Source of the DNA: a bacterium
GTDB taxonomy: Bacteria; Campylobacterota; Campylobacteria; Campylobacterales; Arcobacteraceae
Assembly: GCA_018816105.1 (NCBI GenBank)
Contig: JAHIWE010000113.1
Coordinates: 13,340-77,339 of the forward strand
Length of the DNA stretch: 64,000 nucleotides
Direction of reading: 5' to 3'
Shown here in pieces: positions 58,057-64,000 of this stretch (position 1 is the stretch's first letter; each line of letters starts with the position of its first letter). Under the pieces are notes generated by a model. The model ran no database searches and was not told the origin of the DNA. It saw only the letters and a list, made by a program, of their open reading frames with translations. The position numbers and the translations under genes were made by a program.

Positions 58057-59933
58057 AAAAAATATTTTTAATTTTTTTTTCTATAATTATTACTATATTA
58101 ATTATAGTTTATAGTGTTTTATTTACAAACATTGGGAATAAAATATTAAGTAGCTATATTGAAAAAGTAATTAATCATAAACAAGATGAACTTCATTTTA
58201 AAATTGAAGAATTTAATTTAACAACAAAATATTTGAATTTGATTGCATATACAAATGATGGTTCAGAAATTAAAATATCAGGAAAATTTTCAATATGGAA
58301 AAGAGATTTTAATTTAAATTATTCTATGAATATATTCGATTTATCTATAATAAAAAATTTATTACACTTCGAGCCTAAAGGTTCATTATGCATTAATGGT
58401 ATTTTTGCTGGAAATTACCAGAATGCAACTATTAAAGGCGTTTCAAATATTGTAAAAAGTCAAACAAAATATAATATCAGTTTAAAAGATTTTGAACTTG
58501 AAAGTTTAAATATTCAAATTAAAGAAGCAAAAATAAATGAACTATTAATGCTAATGGATAAACCTGCTTATTTAAATGGTAAGTTAAATGTGATTGCTGA
58601 TATTAAAAACATTAATAACTTAAATTTAGAAGGAATAATAAAGTCAAACATAATCAATGGAAAAGTTGATAATGATATAATCAATGAAGAATTAGAATTA
58701 GGAATAACAAATTTAATTAATTTCAAATCTGATTTTAACGCTTTAATCTCACATAATAATATAAAAATAAAAACTATTTTTGATAGTTCAATAGGAGATT
58801 TATTAATAGATAAAATGATTATTGATTTATCTACAAGAAAAGTTAATTCTGATTATACCATTAATGTTTCAAATATGAATGCATTATCAGGATTTATTGA
58901 TAGAAAATTAGTTGGCAATTTTACAACAAAAGGCGAGTTGAAAAAATTAAAAGATACTATTAAAATAGAAGGAGTTTCTGATATATTTGAAAGTGAAACA
59001 AAATATAAAGCATATTTTAACAACTTTAATTTATCTTCTATTTTATTTTCTATAGAAAAGGCTAAAATAGAAAATTTATTAAAAATGATAAGTGAACCTA
59101 TATATGCAACTGGCGATTTACATATAAATGGTGATGTAAAAAATGCTGACATTAATAAACTAGATGGCTTTATAAATTCTGATTTTTCCAATATTTCAAT
59201 AGTAAATGAAGTTGCAAACACTGTATTTGATCAAAATATAAAAGATGATATAACAGCTGATTTAACAATAAATAGTATTTTAGTTCCAAATCAAGTAGTT
59301 TCTAAAATTGATCTTGAAACAAATATTGCAGATCTAAAAACAGAAAATAGTATATATTATATTGAAGAAAAATTCTTTTCAAGTGATTATTTATTAAATA
59401 TTTCTTCTTTAGAAAAAATAGATAATTTTATTCCAATTAAACTGCTAGGTAAAATTGATATATCAGGTAATATAAATATAGAAGATAATATGTTTTTATT
59501 ATATGGAAAATCTAATTTTTCCAATGAAATCTTTGATTTTAATTTAATAAATAACAATCTAGAATTAAATCTATCTGATACAAATACAAAAAACTTATCA
59601 ACCATCTTAAGATATCCTCAAATATTTGATGCTTCAAATACTAATTTAAATATTACTTATGATTTAAATACAAAAAAAGGTGAATTAATTGGTAGTTTAA
59701 AAAATGGTCATTTTTTACCTAACTCTTTTAGCCCTTTTCTTAATCCTATATTGAAAAGAGATTCAACAAAAGAATTTTATGAAACAGTAAATATAAATGG
59801 CAAAATAAAAGATCAATTTCTAATTTCTAATATAACCTTTAAAAATAAAAATACTAATTTTGAAATAAATAATTTAATTTTAGATTATGAAAAAAATTTA
59901 ATAAATAGCAAAATTGATATTAAAATGGAATAA
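58053..59933 (+). CDS. N-anchored beta-rich repeat protein (AsmA-like)
   Basis: N-terminal TM anchor, alternating hydrophobic beta pattern, internal repeat of about 178 aa. Confidence 0.7.
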   Translation: MKKIFLIFFSIIITILIIVYSVLFTNIGNKILSSYIEKVINHKQDELHFKIEEFNLTTKYLNLIAYTNDGSEIKISGKFSIWKRDFNLNYSMNIFDLSIIKNLLHFEPKGSLCINGIFAGNYQNATIKGVSNIVKSQTKYNISLKDFELESLNIQIKEAKINELLMLMDKPAYLNGKLNVIADIKNINNLNLEGIIKSNIINGKVDNDIINEELELGITNLINFKSDFNALISHNNIKIKTIFDSSIGDLLIDKMIIDLSTRKVNSDYTINVSNMNALSGFIDRKLVGNFTTKGELKKLKDTIKIEGVSDIFESETKYKAYFNNFNLSSILFSIEKAKIENLLKMISEPIYATGDLHINGDVKNADINKLDGFINSDFSNISIVNEVANTVFDQNIKDDITADLTINSILVPNQVVSKIDLETNIADLKTENSIYYIEEKFFSSDYLLNISSLEKIDNFIPIKLLGKIDISGNINIEDNMFLLYGKSNFSNEIFDFNLINNNLELNLSDTNTKNLSTILRYPQIFDASNTNLNITYDLNTKKGELIGSLKNGHFLPNSFSPFLNPILKRDSTKEFYETVNINGKIKDQFLISNITFKNKNTNFEINNLILDYEKNLINSKIDIKME

Positions 59934-59966
59934 GAGTTAAATTGTATAATTTTGTGAGTATTTTAG

Positions 59967-60290
59967 TTAGGTAAACCAATAAGCCGCGTTTTGTTTTTAA
60001 GACAATAATTTATCTAGCTACTAAATTACTTTAGTAGTCTTGCGAAGACCAATTTCGTGAAGTAAATACCTAGTCTTCTTGCTGCAGGTTGGGTTTACAA
60101 AGCACTTAAGATTACTCAAAAGTCTGGTAGGCTCTTACCCCACCGTTTCACCATCACCGAAAAATCGGCTGTCTATTCTCTGTTGCACTATCCCTTAGGT
60201 TACCCCAGCCATCATTTAGATGGAACCTTACTTCACAGCAGCCCGGACTTTCCTCTTGATTTTACTCAAGCTATTGTCTGGTTTACCTAA
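59967..60290 (-). ncRNA. rnpB: RNase P RNA
   Basis: Minus strand has GAGGAAAGUCCGGGC near the 5' end and ACAAAACGCGGCUUAU near the 3' end; the termini pair (ttaggtaaacca / tggtttacctaa) as P1. Confidence 0.96.
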
Positions 60291-60320
60291 ATGGAATTAT
60301 AGCTTTTAATTCTTAAAAAT

Positions 60321-60854
60321 CTATTTTCTTATAATATCGTAGTAATCAGGAATAGTGAATTTAAAAATATCATCTGATATTTCACCATTTTGGACTACAT
60401 TTGAGAATTTTATTTCTACTTTATTTTCAAGTTTATCTTTATAATTTATAAACTCAATTTTATCATCTGATTTTGATGTTTTGATCATATAATCAGTATC
60501 TTCAATATTTGTTGTATAACTATTATTATCTATTTTTTTTGAGCTATTTAGAAGTTTAATAATATTTATTTCACTTTCAAGTTGAGTAAATATTGCTTGT
60601 TCTAACTCTGGTTCATCAACCACTGCAAAGTTATCATTTATATATACATTTTTAACTACTGGAGTTTTGTACTTCCATAGAATTTTTCCACTTTTTTTAA
60701 TGAAAACTTCACCTTTATATTCAATTACATTATCAGAACCTGATGTAATTACTTGTAAAAAACTTGCTTTAAAAGAGTCTAAATTTTTAATATCATTTGA
60801 TGCAAAACAAGAGATACAAAATAGTGTTGTAGAGATTATTAGTTTATAAAACAT
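60321..60854 (-). CDS. lolA: Outer-membrane lipoprotein chaperone LolA
   Basis: Signal peptide, 'FKASFLQ', 'YKGEVFIKK', 'WKYKTP', 'EPELEQ', 'IFKFTIP'; divergent from secA. Confidence 0.9.
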   Translation of the reverse strand: MFYKLIISTTLFCISCFASNDIKNLDSFKASFLQVITSGSDNVIEYKGEVFIKKSGKILWKYKTPVVKNVYINDNFAVVDEPELEQAIFTQLESEINIIKLLNSSKKIDNNSYTTNIEDTDYMIKTSKSDDKIEFINYKDKLENKVEIKFSNVVQNGEISDDIFKFTIPDYYDIIRK

Positions 60855-60911
60855 ACTTTAACCTTTTTTTTTATATAATCTTCGGGATTATAACGAAAAG
60901 GAACTAATTTT

Positions 60912-63530
60912 ATGTTAAATGTTTTTTCAAAAATTTTTGGTACAAGAAACGATAGAGAAGTAAAGCAATATAGAAAAAGAGCGCAAGAGATTACGGCTCT
61001 TGAGAGTAAATATGAGAATTTGAGTGATGAAGAGTTACAAAGTGAATTTAATAAGCTAAGAGAGCTTGTACAAAAAGAAGAAAAATCATTAAATGATATT
61101 TTAAATGAATCTTTTGCAATAACTAGAGAAGCTAGTAAGAGAGCTCTAAATATGAGACCTTATGATGTACAGTTAGTTGGTGCTATGGTTTTACATGATG
61201 GAAGAATTGCTGAGATGAAAACAGGTGAAGGTAAAACTTTAGTTGGATCTTTAGCAGTTGCTTTAAATGCTCTTACAGGTAATGGAGTTCATGTTGTAAC
61301 TGTAAATGACTATCTAGCAAGTAGAGATGCAAATGAATTAAGACCTTTATACAACTTTTTAGGATTTAGTGTTGGAGCTGTTGTTGGTGGATTAAGAAAT
61401 GATGAAGAAAGACGAGAGCAATATGCTTGCGATATTACTTATGGAACTAACAATGAATTTGGATTTGATTATTTAAGAGATAATATGAATTATGATATTA
61501 GTGAAAAAGTTCAAAGAGCTCATAACTTTGTTATTGTTGATGAAGTTGACTCTATTTTAATTGATGAAGCTAGAACTCCTTTAATTATTTCTGGACCTAC
61601 AAATAAAAAAAGTTCTGATTATGCAAGAGCAAATCAAATTGCACTTAAATTAGAAAAAGGTGAATTAATTGAGCCTAAAAACTCTTCTGAAAAACCAACT
61701 ACAACTGGTGACTTTATAGTTGATGAAAAAAATAAATCAGTTATGCTAACAGAGCAAGGCCATGAAAATGCTGAAAAATTATTTGATGTAGATAATTTAT
61801 ATTCTATTGAAAATGCTATGTTATCGCACAGTTTAGATCAAGCATTAAAAGCAAATTATATTTTTGAAAAAGATGTTGATTATGTTGTAAAAGATAGCTC
61901 AGTTATTATAGTAGATGAATTTACAGGAAGATTAAGTGAAGGTAGAAGATTTTCTGAAGGTTTACACCAAGCTTTAGAAGCTAAAGAAGGTGTTTCTATT
62001 CAAGATGAATCACAAACATTAGCAGATATTACTTTCCAAAATTACTTTAGAATGTATAACAAACTAGCTGGTATGACAGGAACTGCTCAAACAGAAGCTA
62101 CTGAATTTGCAGAAATTTATAAACTAGATGTTGTTTCAATTCCTACAAATGTACCTGTTCAAAGAAATGATAAAAACGATTTAATTTATAAAAGTGAAAA
62201 AGAAAAATTCGAAGCTGTTTGTAATAAAATCAAAGAGCTACATGAAAAAGGGCAACCTGTTTTAGTAGGAACTGCTTCAATTGAGAAATCTGAAAAATTA
62301 CATGAAATATTAGTTAAGAAAAAAATTCCTCATACAGTTTTAAATGCAAAACAACATGAAAAAGAGGGGAAAATTATTGCTGATGCTGGTCAAAAAGGCG
62401 CAGTTACAATTGCTACAAATATGGCTGGACGTGGAGTTGATATTAAATTAACACCTGAAATTTTAGAGCTTGGTGGATTAGCAATCATTGGAACAGAAAG
62501 ACATGAGTCTAGAAGAATTGATAATCAGTTAAGAGGAAGAGCTGGACGTCAAGGGGATAAAGGTGAATCTCAATTTTATCTATCTTTAGAAGATAATCTT
62601 TTAAGAATTTTTGGAAGTGATAAAATCAAAGGTATTATGGAAAGATTAGGAATAGAAGAAGGCGAACATATCGAATCAAGAATGGTTACACGTGCTGTTG
62701 AAAATGCTCAGAAAAAAGTTGAAGCAATGCACTTTGAAAGTAGAAAACATTTACTTGAATATGATGATGTTGCAAATCAACAAAGAAAAGTAATTTATTC
62801 ATTTAGAAATGACTTGTTAAAACCTGATTATAATATTGATTCAAAACTTGAAGAAAATAGATTTGAATATGTTCAAAATTTATTATCAAACGCTCATATT
62901 ATAAAAGGTATGCCTTCTGAAGATTTCGATTTAGCTTTAATAAAAACAAAACTAGAAGAAGAGTTAAGATTAGTTGTTACTATTGAAGATTTAAAAACTG
63001 ATTCTTATGAAGATTTAGAAGAGAAATTAGTAACTATGCTAAGAGAAGTTTATAACTCAAAAATGGCAATGGCAGCAAGTGAACAAAAAAGTGAAATTGA
63101 AAGAATTTTATATTTACAAATTTTAGATACTGCATGGAGAGAGCATTTATACTCAATGGACACACTAAAAGCTGGAATTGGACTTAGAGGTTATAACCAA
63201 AAAGATCCACTAGTTGAGTATAAAAAAGAGTCTTATAATATGTTTATAGAATTAATTTCAAATATCAAACATGAAATTATAAAAATTCTATTTACTATTC
63301 AACTTCAATCAAATGAAGATAGAGAAAAAGAGCAAGCAGCAATTGCTAGAATGAAAGAACAAATGGAACAATCAACAGAAAATATCACTACAAATGTAGC
63401 TCAAGAAGCTGTAAAAAATAGTGATAGAAAAATTGCTAGAAATGAAGATTGTCCTTGTGGCAGTGGTTTAAAATATAAACACTGTTGTGGAAAAAGTGGT
63501 CCAAAAATTGGTTTAGCTGCAGGAAACTAA
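60912..63530 (+). CDS. secA: Preprotein translocase ATPase SecA
   Basis: 'MKTGEGKT', '[20 protein letters not shown]', 'GMTGTA', 'ATNMAGRG', SEC-C '[13 protein letters not shown]'. Confidence 0.99.
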   Translation: MLNVFSKIFGTRNDREVKQYRKRAQEITALESKYENLSDEELQSEFNKLRELVQKEEKSLNDILNESFAITREASKRALNMRPYDVQLVGAMVLHDGRIAEMKTGEGKTLVGSLAVALNALTGNGVHVVTVNDYLASRDANELRPLYNFLGFSVGAVVGGLRNDEERREQYACDITYGTNNEFGFDYLRDNMNYDISEKVQRAHNFVIVDEVDSILIDEARTPLIISGPTNKKSSDYARANQIALKLEKGELIEPKNSSEKPTTTGDFIVDEKNKSVMLTEQGHENAEKLFDVDNLYSIENAMLSHSLDQALKANYIFEKDVDYVVKDSSVIIVDEFTGRLSEGRRFSEGLHQALEAKEGVSIQDESQTLADITFQNYFRMYNKLAGMTGTAQTEATEFAEIYKLDVVSIPTNVPVQRNDKNDLIYKSEKEKFEAVCNKIKELHEKGQPVLVGTASIEKSEKLHEILVKKKIPHTVLNAKQHEKEGKIIADAGQKGAVTIATNMAGRGVDIKLTPEILELGGLAIIGTERHESRRIDNQLRGRAGRQGDKGESQFYLSLEDNLLRIFGSDKIKGIMERLGIEEGEHIESRMVTRAVENAQKKVEAMHFESRKHLLEYDDVANQQRKVIYSFRNDLLKPDYNIDSKLEENRFEYVQNLLSNAHIIKGMPSEDFDLALIKTKLEEELRLVVTIEDLKTDSYEDLEEKLVTMLREVYNSKMAMAASEQKSEIERILYLQILDTAWREHLYSMDTLKAGIGLRGYNQKDPLVEYKKESYNMFIELISNIKHEIIKILFTIQLQSNEDREKEQAAIARMKEQMEQSTENITTNVAQEAVKNSDRKIARNEDCPCGSGLKYKHCCGKSGPKIGLAAGN

Positions 63531-63531
63531 T

Positions 63532-64000
63532 TTGAATAAAAAATTAGTTAATTTTATCGTAAAGAAATATTTACGATTTGACAAAAAAAATCCTTTTATA
63601 TCTATAAGTGCTATTTTAGCATTTGTAGGTGTTTCTATTGGTGTTATGGTTTTGATTTTATCTATGTCTATTATGAATGGGACAGCCAAAGAGTTTGAAA
63701 GAAAACTTTTCACTATGAATTATCCACTAACTATTTATCCAAAAATGGATAACTCTTTAAACGAAGATTTATTAGTAAAATTACAAAACGAATACCCAAA
63801 ATTAAAGTTTTCTCCATTTATCTCATCTCAAGCTATTATACAAAGTGGTGATGCTATGAGTGGAGGTATGATTTTTGGTGTAATCCCCCAAAAAGAAGCT
63901 TTAATAAACCCTATTTATAAAGAAGCTTTAGGTGATTTAAAACCTGAGAAATATGACATTATTACAGGTTCTGGAATCACTGATAAACTTCTTTTAAATG
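63532..64000 (+). CDS. Lipoprotein-releasing ABC transporter permease LolC/E (3' truncated by window)
   Basis: Manual translation from TTG 63532: MNKKLVNFIVKKYLRFDKKNPFISISAILAFVGVSIGVMVLILSMSIMNG...; follows secA. Confidence 0.88.
   Translation, partial: MNKKLVNFIVKKYLRFDKKNPFISISAILAFVGVSIGVMVLILSMSIMNGTAKEFERKLFTMNYPLTIYPKMDNSLNEDLLVKLQNEYPKLKFSPFISSQAIIQSGDAMSGGMIFGVIPQKEALINPIYKEALGDLKPEKYDIITGSGITDKLLLN

Overview
AT-rich bacterial chromosome segment with the gene content of an Arcobacteraceae member (Campylobacterota): fused CcsBA, dimeric dUTPase, the lolA-secA-lolE/rnpB block and many H-box 'IAHQWRQPL' sensor kinases. Housekeeping genes (argG, recR, dnaJ, trpB, cmoB, ccsBA, pepD, ligA, rnpB, lolA, secA) alternate with signalling genes (4 histidine kinases, 1 response regulator, 4 GGDEF/EAL proteins) and a complete C-P lyase operon (phnF-C-D-E-G-H-I-J-K-L-M-acetyltransferase-N-P, minus strand). 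The best candidate for an undescribed system is a four-gene operon at 3655-9771: M20 peptidase, RimK-like ATP-grasp ligase, a second ATP-grasp fused to two ComEA-type helix-hairpin-helix repeats, and a large M14 carboxypeptidase. Its promoter has the same Pho-box-like architecture (TTGTAAY-N4-CTGTAAT-N10-[-10]) as the phn operon 30 kb away, which suggests a phosphate-starvation-induced peptide ligation/hydrolysis system. Other items not in the ORF track: a deleted relic of a NavAb-type voltage-gated sodium channel gene (50853-51117), a frameshift-split leader ORF ending in a RAPP arrest motif (57416-57780), two small ORFs, two PhnF operators and a perfect FNR-type box upstream of a LOV-domain EAL protein. 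I saw no rRNA, tRNA, CRISPR array, transposase or integrase. Family assignments rest on motif recognition from memory, not on database searches.
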